From assembly GCA_030610885.1 (NCBI GenBank), contig JAUWQW010000001.1, positions 5,317 through 69,316 on the forward strand: a DNA stretch of 64,000 nt, in the 5' to 3' direction. Below, piece by piece: positions 55,736 to 64,000 of this stretch (position 1 is the stretch's first letter; the number at the start of each line of letters is the position of its first letter). The position numbers and the translations under genes were made by a program. This DNA is from Candidatus Aminicenantes bacterium. GTDB lineage: Bacteria; Acidobacteriota; Aminicenantia; UBA2199. Below the pieces are notes generated by a model, which worked only from the letters and a program-made list of their open reading frames with translations, had not been told where the DNA came from and did no database searches.

Positions 55736-57484
55736 TTATTTGTGTTTAATATTTCTTTTGTTATGGTTAAGTTTTGAAATCTTTTTATATATTATTTTTA
55801 GTTTATCATTTGATTGTTCTTTTTTATAAATTTCTATTAAACAATAGTAAGAGGGGAGAAACTTAGGATTAATCTTGATTGTTGAATTAAAATCAGAGAT
55901 AGCCTGTTTAAAATTGCACTTGTCACTATATGCAATTGCTCTATTAAAGTAAGCTATAATATAATTTGGAGCAAGTTCTATAGCAGAACTATAATCTCTT
56001 ATTGCAAAATCCAGTTTGCTTTTCTTTGCATAAGCAAATCCACGATTATTAAATGCTTTTGCATATCTTGGATTTAACTCAATTGACTTATTATAATCTT
56101 TTATTGCCTTTTCATAATTGGCCTTATTACTGTATGCAAGGCCTCTATTATAAAAGGTTTCATAATTAGGGTGAATTTTTAGAGCCATACTAAAATCTGA
56201 AATAGCATTGTTTATATACCCTTTTTTTGCAAAAGCTGATCCTCTATTGTCATAAACAATATGAGTTGGGTAACTTTTAAGAGCATCATTCCATAATGTT
56301 ATATCATTTTTCCATACATGGCATTTTTGCCAGCTCAAGAAGGATAAAGTGAATAAGATTCCACTTAGAAATATTAACAATGGTATCCTTACTAACCATT
56401 TTTTCTTAAATTTTTTGTTAAATAAATCAATTAGTAATTTGCTTATTAAATAGAATATCCCAATAGAAGATATATAAGTATATCTGTCAGCATGTGGGAA
56501 ACCGTCTAATATAAGTGGGATTATTGGAATTAGCGTGATTAGTAAAAAAAGAAATCCAAAAATAAATTCTCTTCTGTATTTATTTGAAAAGTAGATTATA
56601 ATAATCAGAACAACTATTGTAAGAACAAAAACAGTAAGTGGGTTTGGGAAAATTTCATTAGCATGGATAGGATAACGTGGTGATAGCTTTAAAGGTAAAA
56701 ATATTTTGCTTAAATAAAAGGGTACACTAATTAAAACGTTTAAAATACGCTCTGAAATCGTTAAATATGTAGGTGGCTGGTCAATTTTCAGAACCCACAT
56801 TCCAATTATACCAAAGATAAATGAGATTTCAAAAAAGGGAACTTTTTCAATTATTTTTTTTTTATTTATATTTCCTTCAAAATAGAAATCAAAAAGTATT
56901 AATATTAAAGGGAAGATTACAGTTGTGATTTTCGATAATAAAGCAAATATAAAAATGATTAGACTAAAATAAAAAAAAATCCTTTTTTTTGGTTTTTCTC
57001 TATAAATCAGGTAAAGTATTAAAGCTATTAAAAGGAAAATTGAACTAATAAGGTCCTTTCTATCTGAAATCCATGCAACTGATTCTACACGCAGGGGGTG
57101 AACTCCCCAGAGAAGTGTTGTTAAAAGAGATATTGAATAGGATTTACTTAATATTAAAATTAGATAAAATATGAGTATACAATTAATGAGATGAAGAATA
57201 AGATTGTGTGTGTGATAAGGAAGGGGATTGAGATTGAAGAAATGAAATTCTACTGTGTGTGATAAAATTACTATTGGCATATAGAGCCCCAAAAATGTAG
57301 AAGTAAAAATATTTTTCAGGTTTTTAAACGAGAGTTCTCTTATTGATTGATTTTGTGTGACATAAGCCTGGTCATCCCAATTGAGAAAACCATTATTTAA
57401 TGATGGAAGAAAAACAAGAGTAGTTATTATCAATATAAAACAGATTGAAATCAACCTTTTTGTAGATGAGCTCATTTTTATCAT
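55736..57484 (-). CDS. TMTC-like protein: GT-C fold PMT/DUF1736-type membrane glycosyltransferase domain fused to C-terminal TPR repeats (candidate protein O-mannosyltransferase)
   Basis: N-terminal polytopic domain with DD in loop 1 (NGFLNWDDQAYVTQN) and YMPIVILSHTVEFHFFNLNPLPYHTHNLILHLINCILIFYL. Four or more C-terminal canonical TPRs (YDNRGSAFAKKGYINNAISDFSMALKIHPNYETFYNRGLAYSNKANYEKAIKDYNKSIELNPRYAKAFNNRGFAYAK...). Confidence 0.6.
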   Translation of the reverse strand: MIKMSSSTKRLISICFILIITTLVFLPSLNNGFLNWDDQAYVTQNQSIRELSFKNLKNIFTSTFLGLYMPIVILSHTVEFHFFNLNPLPYHTHNLILHLINCILIFYLILILSKSYSISLLTTLLWGVHPLRVESVAWISDRKDLISSIFLLIALILYLIYREKPKKRIFFYFSLIIFIFALLSKITTVIFPLILILFDFYFEGNINKKKIIEKVPFFEISFIFGIIGMWVLKIDQPPTYLTISERILNVLISVPFYLSKIFLPLKLSPRYPIHANEIFPNPLTVFVLTIVVLIIIIYFSNKYRREFIFGFLFLLITLIPIIPLILDGFPHADRYTYISSIGIFYLISKLLIDLFNKKFKKKWLVRIPLLIFLSGILFTLSFLSWQKCHVWKNDITLWNDALKSYPTHIVYDNRGSAFAKKGYINNAISDFSMALKIHPNYETFYNRGLAYSNKANYEKAIKDYNKSIELNPRYAKAFNNRGFAYAKKSKLDFAIRDYSSAIELAPNYIIAYFNRAIAYSDKCNFKQAISDFNSTIKINPKFLPSYYCLIEIYKKEQSNDKLKIIYKKISKLNHNKRNIKHK

Positions 57485-57566
57485 TATAAAAGAATTTTAA
57501 AGAAAAATAAAATTATGAGTGTTTATATAAAAGTAGATAGAAGAATTGGTAATCTAAAAAAAATAT

Positions 57567-59423
57567 TTATTGGCTTATATAACTGATTTTAAAAACAAAG
57601 AGATTGTTTTTTCTGAAAATCGGTTTTAGAGTTCTTATAAAAGAGGAGAATTTTTTTAATTCATTTTCACTCATTCTTTTATAATCTTTTTGCAGGCGTA
57701 TGAATTCTCCCATATTAAATATAATGAAATTGATTTTGTCTTTTTTTAATTCATTAATAAATTCTTTTTTATTATTACTATTTTTTAAATATCTTTTCAA
57801 AATTGAGTAGTCATATGGAGAAGATACCTGATAGGCACGCTTTAGATAAAAGTTCCTGGATTCTCCCACAATAAGGATTTTTGACTCCTTTGTGGAGTTT
57901 TTATTGATAAAAGATATTGCAGGATAGGTTGGGAAGGTTAAAGTTTTGTATTCTTCAATGCTGAGCTTTCCTGAAAAGAGATAATATGAGCGAAAAATGC
58001 GCTCCATCAAAGCAAAAGATGTTAAGAGATTTAAAAATATAATGATAAAAAAGATATATTTTATGATCTTTTTTGATTGAGATTCATAAGCAATTACAAC
58101 ATATATTGATAGAAATAAAAAAGAAATATACCAGCAACGAATACTCATCTTAAAAAAAGCTCCCGCAAAAATCGTTAATAGAGAAAATATAAGTAAGAAG
58201 TAATTTTTTTCTTTTTTTAGTATAAGAAATGGTAAAAAAATCAAAAATAAAGCTCCAATAATTCCACCTGAGCCTAATTGGGAAAATGATATGTTGTAAG
58301 GGAATTTAATCACATCCTTGAAAGAGTGAAACACCTTGCTTGTATCTTTTGTCATTACAGCAGACCTTGAGGAATCCCAGAATTCACTTTTAAAAGAGTT
58401 GTGGAAAAATGGGAAAACGGGATTATTTGTAAAATTGTAATTTTTTATCATTAATGGCAATAGTATTCCTAAAACAATCAATCCGAAGATAATTGCTTTT
58501 TTTGAATCAAACCATTTTTCTTTTATAAATATGGCAATGAAAAAGATTCCCAGGGGAATTATATTTGTGTATTTCACACCTATACTGAAGCCCCAGAATA
58601 TAGCAGATATGTTCACCCTTTTTTTTAAAAAATATTTTATGCCAATAAAAATGAAAAACGCACTTAAAAGATCATTCTTAACTATTGATATAAGGAACAC
58701 ACTCATTGGCATAGAGATTATGGTTAATAATAATATGTTTCTTTTCTTTATTTTAAAATTTTCAATTGCAAAATCTATAATAGAAAATATTAAGATAATT
58801 CCTATAAAAAAGTGGAAAAAACGTGGGACCATATCTCCAGCAAAAACAGATGGTATTAATGAGATCTCATAATAGATAGAGGTGTTTGCGTATAAAAATT
58901 GTAGGGCTGAAATAAATCCCGAATTTTGAAGATAAAGGTTTGGTATTCCAAGGTGAAAAACTAAGGTGTCATAAAAAGAGGATGGAAGAGAAGCATATAT
59001 TAATGGGAAAACGAAAATAAGGTATTCAAGGGATGGTCTTTTAATAAAAGAATTTATTGTTTTATAAAAATTTGATTTATGATTTTTAATAATAAAAAAG
59101 AGAATTATTACTGGAATTAGATAAAAGAGTATAATTATCCAGGCTGAGAGAATTTTGAAGAATGATATTATAAAGAAGAAAAATGTTGTGAAAATTAATC
59201 CTGTGCCAAAGCTTTCTAATACTCCGATTTTTCCCTTATTAAAAAATTTTATAAAGAAAAAACCATAGATGAATATTTCAAAAATTAATAAAAGAGCCTT
59301 TAGAAAAGGAAGAATTACATAAATAGGGTATCTAAGGAAAAGTGCATTGATGGTTACTAAAATTGCAAAAATAATAAGAATATTTATTATAAATTTATTG
59401 GATTTGATATTATCAATATTCAT
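57567..59423 (-). CDS. large polytopic integral membrane protein, function unknown (possibly another GT-C-like enzyme)
   Basis: 618 aa with more than 12 hydrophobic segments across the whole length. I recognise no soluble domain. Co-oriented and closely spaced with the downstream radical SAM/GT2 genes. Confidence 0.4.
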   Translation of the reverse strand: MNIDNIKSNKFIINILIIFAILVTINALFLRYPIYVILPFLKALLLIFEIFIYGFFFIKFFNKGKIGVLESFGTGLIFTTFFFFIISFFKILSAWIIILFYLIPVIILFFIIKNHKSNFYKTINSFIKRPSLEYLIFVFPLIYASLPSSFYDTLVFHLGIPNLYLQNSGFISALQFLYANTSIYYEISLIPSVFAGDMVPRFFHFFIGIILIFSIIDFAIENFKIKKRNILLLTIISMPMSVFLISIVKNDLLSAFFIFIGIKYFLKKRVNISAIFWGFSIGVKYTNIIPLGIFFIAIFIKEKWFDSKKAIIFGLIVLGILLPLMIKNYNFTNNPVFPFFHNSFKSEFWDSSRSAVMTKDTSKVFHSFKDVIKFPYNISFSQLGSGGIIGALFLIFLPFLILKKEKNYFLLIFSLLTIFAGAFFKMSIRCWYISFLFLSIYVVIAYESQSKKIIKYIFFIIIFLNLLTSFALMERIFRSYYLFSGKLSIEEYKTLTFPTYPAISFINKNSTKESKILIVGESRNFYLKRAYQVSSPYDYSILKRYLKNSNNKKEFINELKKDKINFIIFNMGEFIRLQKDYKRMSENELKKFSSFIRTLKPIFRKNNLFVFKISYISQ

Positions 59424-59428
59424 ATTTT

Positions 59429-60862
59429 CTATTTAGTTTTTCTCATAAAAATCACTTTAAGCCCTGCTTTTGTCTTTCTTTTAAATTCTCCAAAAGAGCT
59501 TACTTTGAACAGATTTTTAATTATATAGGAAGGCCTTGTGTAGAATGTTTTGTACCCTTTTATAAGGAGCTTTTCAAGCTCTTGTCTTGTGAAATTTTCT
59601 TCCCAGCATGGAGGTTCAAAATTTTCATCCGGGTTCTCAGCAAATTCTTTCCATACATCATTTTTAAAAACCCCTTTTGATAAACCCTGTATATAAATAT
59701 CTGTTGCAGGAAATGGAGTAAGTATGGTCATATGAACAAAATCAGGTTTTAACCATTTTGATACTCTGAAAGTTTCAAAAATATCTTCTATTGTTTCATC
59801 AGGAGAACCTATCATAAAGTAAGCTAAAGTCTGGATTTTATATTTTTTTGTGAGTACGAATATTTCTTTTGCTTTTTGTAATGTAATACCCTTTCTCAAA
59901 ACTTTGAGAATTTTTTCTGTTCCTGCTTCAATGCCATAATGTATTCCTCTACATCCCGCCTTTTTTAATAATTGCAATAATTCTTCATCAAGAGTATCGA
60001 CTCGAGCTCTTATATCAAAGCCAATATCAAGGTCTTTTTTTATTATTAATTCACATATTCTCTTTACTCTATCTTTTCTTACTGTAAAAGTGTCGTCATA
60101 AACTAAGAATTCATGTATTCCCAGTTTCAAACATTCCTCAATCTCTTGTACAACTCGTTCAGCACTCATTGCCCTGAATATGTTTCCAAGATGAGGTCTA
60201 TTGCAAAATGAGCATTTATATGGGCATCCTCTGCTTGTGAAAAGCGTTGTTATTGGTGTTCTTTTGGCTAAAATGGAGGTGTATTTTTTATATGGAGTTA
60301 ATTCTCTTTTTGGAAAAGGGAGTTTATCAAGTTCATTTTCAGGAATTAGTACAGGCAATCCTGTGTGTACTATTGTCCCATCCTTGTTCTTATATACAAG
60401 CCCTTTTATGTCCTTTAATTTTTTAAAATCATATATATTATCAATAAGTTTAGCAAATATCTTTTCACCTTCACCCAAAACCACGAAATCAACACCTTTG
60501 ATGTTTATAGTTTCTCTTGCATATATATTTACATGAGGTCCGCCAAGAACTAATTTACATTCAGGTTTTATCTTTTTTACAATATTTATGGTTTTTATAA
60601 CATCAATAAGTGTAAATGTCATTGCTGTTATTCCCACTACTTCAAAATCTGTGTGTTTTATTCTTTGTTCCAAAGAAGCATAGGTTAATTCTTCTACTTG
60701 AGAATCAATTACATATACTTTGTGTGCTGTTTTTTCGAGTAAATAACCTGCAAGGAATAAAAGCCCCAGAGGCGGATTGTATCCTCTTTCTGATTCTATT
60801 ATAGATGGGTTATTCCCCATTAATTCATTAAAAGAGGGTGGATTGATAAGTAATATATTCAT
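59429..60862 (-). CDS. B12-binding domain radical SAM protein (class B radical SAM, candidate methyltransferase/sugar-modifying enzyme)
   Basis: N-terminal cobalamin-binding Rossmann-like region (ILLINPP...PPLGLLFLAGYL), then a radical SAM core with LFTSRGCPYKCSFCN (CxxxCxxC). 477 aa. Confidence 0.8.
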   Translation of the reverse strand: MNILLINPPSFNELMGNNPSIIESERGYNPPLGLLFLAGYLLEKTAHKVYVIDSQVEELTYASLEQRIKHTDFEVVGITAMTFTLIDVIKTINIVKKIKPECKLVLGGPHVNIYARETINIKGVDFVVLGEGEKIFAKLIDNIYDFKKLKDIKGLVYKNKDGTIVHTGLPVLIPENELDKLPFPKRELTPYKKYTSILAKRTPITTLFTSRGCPYKCSFCNRPHLGNIFRAMSAERVVQEIEECLKLGIHEFLVYDDTFTVRKDRVKRICELIIKKDLDIGFDIRARVDTLDEELLQLLKKAGCRGIHYGIEAGTEKILKVLRKGITLQKAKEIFVLTKKYKIQTLAYFMIGSPDETIEDIFETFRVSKWLKPDFVHMTILTPFPATDIYIQGLSKGVFKNDVWKEFAENPDENFEPPCWEENFTRQELEKLLIKGYKTFYTRPSYIIKNLFKVSSFGEFKRKTKAGLKVIFMRKTK

Positions 60863-60873
60863 TTTATATGATG

Positions 60874-61737
60874 CTAATTGTTCCTTTTATTTATCATATC
60901 TGCAAGCATTCCTATAGCAAGTATTTGAATAGATGAGATAAAAAGTATTGAAACAGTTGTATCCAATATTTTGGGAAGAGCTAAATAGCTATATATAAAA
61001 ACTATTAAAGAGATTAAAAGCAAAATTAAGCTAACAGGAACAAATATTTTTAGAGGATTAAAATACATTACTGTTCTGATAATGAGTTGAATAAAGTTTA
61101 ATGTATCACGTATTGGTCTTATCTTACTTTTACCCTTTCTTTTCATGTAGTTTATTGGAATATATTTAATTTGCATATCATTGGTTAACATTGCAAGTGT
61201 TATTGTGGTTGTAAAGGAAAAACCATTTGGTAAGATTTTGAAAAATCTTAAAGCATCTTCTTTTTTAAAAAGCCTGAGCCCTGAATTTATGTCTGGAATT
61301 TTAAATCCAGCAAGGTAATTTGCTAATTTTCCTATAAACCATTTTGCTGGTTTCCTTATAATTGGGATTTTTACACTTTTCCCTGTCCTGGAACCTACAA
61401 CCATATCATAATTTTTGATTTTATTATACATTTCAGGAATCTTTTCTATTGGGTAAGTGCCGTCAGCATCAGTAATTGCAATTACATTATATTTACTTTT
61501 TTTAATTCCTGATTTTATGGATGCTCCATATCCCATATTTCGTTCATGTTCAATTAAATTGAAGTTTATCTTACTCTGTTTTAGAGTTTTGTTTGTATTA
61601 TCTGTTGAACCATCGTTAACAATAATAATTTCATAATTTTTTAGATCACTCTTTTTGAGAATAGTATCTATTTTGGTAATTGTTTTTTTTATATTTTTTT
61701 CTTCATTATAAACAGGTACTATTATTGATAAGCTCAA
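60874..61737 (-). CDS. GT2-family polyprenyl-phosphate glycosyltransferase (GtrB/ArnC/Dpm1-like) with C-terminal TM helices
   Basis: LSIIVPVYNEEKNI, VNDGSTDNT and DADGTYP are GT-A motifs. There are two C-terminal TM helices (LKIFVPVSLILLLISLIVFIY, ILFISSIQILAIGMLA), typical of membrane-anchored polyprenyl-P-sugar synthases. Confidence 0.8.
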   Translation of the reverse strand: MSLSIIVPVYNEEKNIKKTITKIDTILKKSDLKNYEIIIVNDGSTDNTNKTLKQSKINFNLIEHERNMGYGASIKSGIKKSKYNVIAITDADGTYPIEKIPEMYNKIKNYDMVVGSRTGKSVKIPIIRKPAKWFIGKLANYLAGFKIPDINSGLRLFKKEDALRFFKILPNGFSFTTTITLAMLTNDMQIKYIPINYMKRKGKSKIRPIRDTLNFIQLIIRTVMYFNPLKIFVPVSLILLLISLIVFIYSYLALPKILDTTVSILFISSIQILAIGMLADMINKRNN

Positions 61738-61782
61738 AAAAGCCTCCTTTTTTGTTGAAACTTCTTATAAATTTATTTAGAT

Positions 61783-62421
61783 CTATTCTATTACCCATCT
61801 AATTACCTCGAATGTTTCCGCAAAATCTGTTCCAATTTGAGTACCTCTTGTTTTTGCCCAACTTATAACAAAATCTTCTGTTGCATAGTGTTTGTCTTTT
61901 TGTGAATTGTATGCTTTTAAAGCAAAAACCTTTTTTTCTATATGCTTTTTATTAAGTTTAACAAACATATTCGTATGAAATGTAATGTTATTCCATGGAA
62001 GTTCATACCCCACAATGCTCACCTGTTTGAAAGCCCTTATACTTTCCATAGCAACTGTTTGATGATCTTGATGAAGGTCATTGGGAGATGGGATGAAAAC
62101 CAGGTCAGGTTTAATATCTCTTTTTATTTTGACTAATTCTTCTAAGATCTCCTGTCTGATATAATTTAATTTCCTGACCTCATAATTATAGATTATCAAG
62201 TTATTTTTTGGAATACCAAGGCGTTTTGTTGCCTCTTTTACCTCTGTTTTAAGAATATCTTTAGGCCATCCATGGGGAAGTGATTCTTCAGCAGTTGAAA
62301 ATGCAGTATAGTAAACCTGTTTGCCCTGTTCAATAAATTTTGATATTGTACCGCCACACCCGAATTCTCCATCATCTGTGTGTGGAGCTAAGATAAGAAT
62401 TCTTTTAAAACTTTCTTTCAT
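61783..62421 (-). CDS. PIG-L/LmbE-family N-acetylglucosaminyl deacetylase
   Basis: ILILAPHTDDGEFGCGGT and the HQDH zinc-binding region (DLHQDHQTVAM). 212 aa. Confidence 0.8.
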   Translation of the reverse strand: MKESFKRILILAPHTDDGEFGCGGTISKFIEQGKQVYYTAFSTAEESLPHGWPKDILKTEVKEATKRLGIPKNNLIIYNYEVRKLNYIRQEILEELVKIKRDIKPDLVFIPSPNDLHQDHQTVAMESIRAFKQVSIVGYELPWNNITFHTNMFVKLNKKHIEKKVFALKAYNSQKDKHYATEDFVISWAKTRGTQIGTDFAETFEVIRWVIE

Positions 62422-62448
62422 TTTTCCCCCAGAAATTTTTCATAATAA

Positions 62449-63078
62449 TTAAAAATCATATAAATCCTTTTTATAGCAGAAAAGAATAAAATCATGAGGT
62501 ATGTATGTGTGATCAAATCTTACATTTCTACAGAATTCAAAGGTTTTTGAAATAATTTTAACAGGATCATAATAGAATGTTTCTTTATTTGGTCTTTTTG
62601 TTAATGAAGATGTCATAGAAATAGCAATGCCTATATTTGCTGTTTCATACATTTTTTTGATCAGTTTCATGGTTATATCAGTATTCGAATTTCCTTCAAA
62701 TCTAAGGTTTAATGGACCTATGGAAATGATGTAATCAAAAGTTTCATTCATCTCTTTTTCAATGATATCATGAACAAAAAAATGATTTTGTAATTCTGGA
62801 TACTTTCTTTTTGCAGCTTCGATCATATGCTTATTAATATCAATACCAGTATAGTCTGTATGTATCCCGTGTTGTTTTAAAAAACCATAAAATCCACCAA
62901 TTCCACACCCCACATCAAGTATTCTTTTATTGTTGAAATTGCCTAATTCCAATATTTTCTCAAATCTTTTTAAATGAGAGATTTCTGATTGTGCAACTGA
63001 ATGATGCTCATCTGAAGAACTTTTTAAAGTATTTGAAAAGAATCTAATGTTTTGTTCTTTTATTTTTTTATAATTCAC
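62449..63078 (-). CDS. class I SAM-dependent methyltransferase
   Basis: Motif I ILDVGCGIGGF, motif II (YTGIDINKHMIEAAKRK) and motif III (FDYIISIGPL). Confidence 0.75.
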   Translation of the reverse strand: MNYKKIKEQNIRFFSNTLKSSSDEHHSVAQSEISHLKRFEKILELGNFNNKRILDVGCGIGGFYGFLKQHGIHTDYTGIDINKHMIEAAKRKYPELQNHFFVHDIIEKEMNETFDYIISIGPLNLRFEGNSNTDITMKLIKKMYETANIGIAISMTSSLTKRPNKETFYYDPVKIISKTFEFCRNVRFDHTYIPHDFILFCYKKDLYDF

Positions 63079-63081
63079 TTT

Positions 63082-63801
63082 TTATGCTTCCTTTTCTATT
63101 AAAATTTTACCACTTTCATAGCCTAAATTAAATAACAGATCAATAATTGATAAACCCGGGATAAATTGACCCCATAATTGATTATATTCCGGATGCTTAA
63201 AATCATACACAATTAGTTCAATGTCATTCTTTTTAAATAGTTCTTTTTTTTGATATCTCTGCCCCCCAAATCCTGAAACATATTGTTTTGCACCAATTGA
63301 ATTACAGATTGAGATAAGCTTTTCTGTTGATTTCCCCTTTATATCTTTTAATTCAGAGGATTTGATAGTATTGGTTTTTATGTTCAGTTCATTAGCCAGC
63401 CATTTTAATAGATCAATATTTAAATCTACAAGAAATTTGTGATTTTTGTTTATTATATTTTCAAAATCATAGAAATATTTTTTAAAATGTAGAGCCTTTG
63501 CATAATTGGTTTTTATTGTTCCTAAAACCTTTTTTCCCCATTTGATATTATTTTCAATTTCAACTTCAGAAATAAGTTGTGGGTAGCGTCCCTTCTGTTT
63601 CACAGGTATGGTTAGCCATTGATCGCTTTTAATAGTTTTTATTTTAACCCTGCTAATAATACTTCCCTTTGTAAACTGAACATCATCAAGAAAGACAAAT
63701 GTATCACATTTAGACCATTTGTAAAAAAAACCAAGCCATGGCATAAAATTTGGTTGATGGATTCCTGCACACAGAGACTTTTTATTATTTTTCATATTCA
63801 T
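63082..63801 (-). CDS. WbqC-like family protein (polysaccharide biosynthesis-associated)
   Basis: GIHQPNFMPWLGFFYKWSKCDTFVFLDDVQFTKGS is the WbqC-family N-terminal signature. The start overlaps the upstream GT1 gene end. Confidence 0.65.
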   Translation of the reverse strand: MNMKNNKKSLCAGIHQPNFMPWLGFFYKWSKCDTFVFLDDVQFTKGSIISRVKIKTIKSDQWLTIPVKQKGRYPQLISEVEIENNIKWGKKVLGTIKTNYAKALHFKKYFYDFENIINKNHKFLVDLNIDLLKWLANELNIKTNTIKSSELKDIKGKSTEKLISICNSIGAKQYVSGFGGQRYQKKELFKKNDIELIVYDFKHPEYNQLWGQFIPGLSIIDLLFNLGYESGKILIEKEA

Positions 63802-64000
63802 CTAATATGTTTCTCAATAATATGTCCAGGTTTTTTAATTGTGATTCTGTGGAGTAATTTTTGATTTTTTGAGGATCAGGTATTATAGAGCTACATAGAT
63901 CAGGTTTTGTTACTAAGTCAAATATAAGGTCAGATATTTCTTTTGGCTTTTGGGGGTGAACAACCCATCCTGTTTTTGTATCTTCAATTATATCAGCAAG
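63785..64000 (-). CDS. glycosyltransferase family 1 (3' end only; gene continues beyond window end)
   Basis: The minus-strand frame is open from the window edge: ...LADIIEDTKTGWVVHPQKPKEISDLIFDLV...LLRNILDEYEK*. This is the typical GT1 C-terminal region. The stop is at 63785-63787. Confidence 0.55.
   Translation of the reverse strand, partial: LADIIEDTKTGWVVHPQKPKEISDLIFDLVTKPDLCSSIIPDPQKIKNYSTESQLKNLDILLRNILDEYEK

Noticed and set aside
1-64000. tRNA/rRNA genes, CRISPR arrays, transposases, integrases, phage genes
   Set aside because: Every intergenic region over 80 nt was examined. All are AT-rich, with no GC-rich cloverleaf-like segments, no direct-repeat arrays and no recombinase-like ORFs. 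None found.

Overview
This is a very AT-rich (about 30% GC) bacterial chromosomal segment. The gene content looks Gram-negative: TolC-like and OmpA-like outer-membrane proteins, a prepilin-type (pseudo)pilin, lipoproteins. Coding density is high on both strands. The window starts inside a sulfate ABC transporter (cysT partial, cysW, cysA) and then runs through two kinds of content.

(i) Housekeeping genes. These are hemW, cysS, a TrmJ-like methyltransferase, rarA, single-chain purL, uvrD/pcrA, pcm, smc, cobO, the ffh-rpsP-KH-rimM-trmD operon, a fused FTCD, mtnA and an S46 dipeptidyl-peptidase.

(ii) Two accessory regions.
- Region A (about 2.6-12.5 kb). A translationally coupled operon on the minus strand encodes a small exported protein, an ECF sigma factor and a zf-HC2/TPR anti-sigma factor. 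It faces, divergently, an operon for a secreted CHAT (caspase-like) protease, a 7-repeat PKD protein, a beta-barrel outer-membrane protein and a paralogous 4-repeat PKD protein. I consider this the best candidate for an undescribed envelope signalling or proteolysis module.
- Region B (about 44.9-64.0 kb). A protein-glycosylation-like island: two TMTC/PMT-like GT-C membrane proteins (one fused to TPRs), a soluble Dpm1-like polyprenyl-phosphate sugar synthase, a methyltransferase with a zinc ribbon, a TldD/TldE pair, and a lone pseudopilin/pilin gene with a candidate sigma-54 promoter and strong terminator. Immediately after the pilin gene come two O-antigen-ligase (Wzy_C)-TPR fusion proteins, then a large polytopic membrane protein, a B12-binding radical SAM enzyme, a membrane GT2, an LmbE deacetylase, a SAM methyltransferase, a WbqC-like protein and a GT1 (partial at the window end).

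rimM in the conserved ribosomal operon is interrupted by a -1 frameshift inside an 11-A homopolymer. I found no tRNA/rRNA genes, CRISPR arrays or transposases/integrases.
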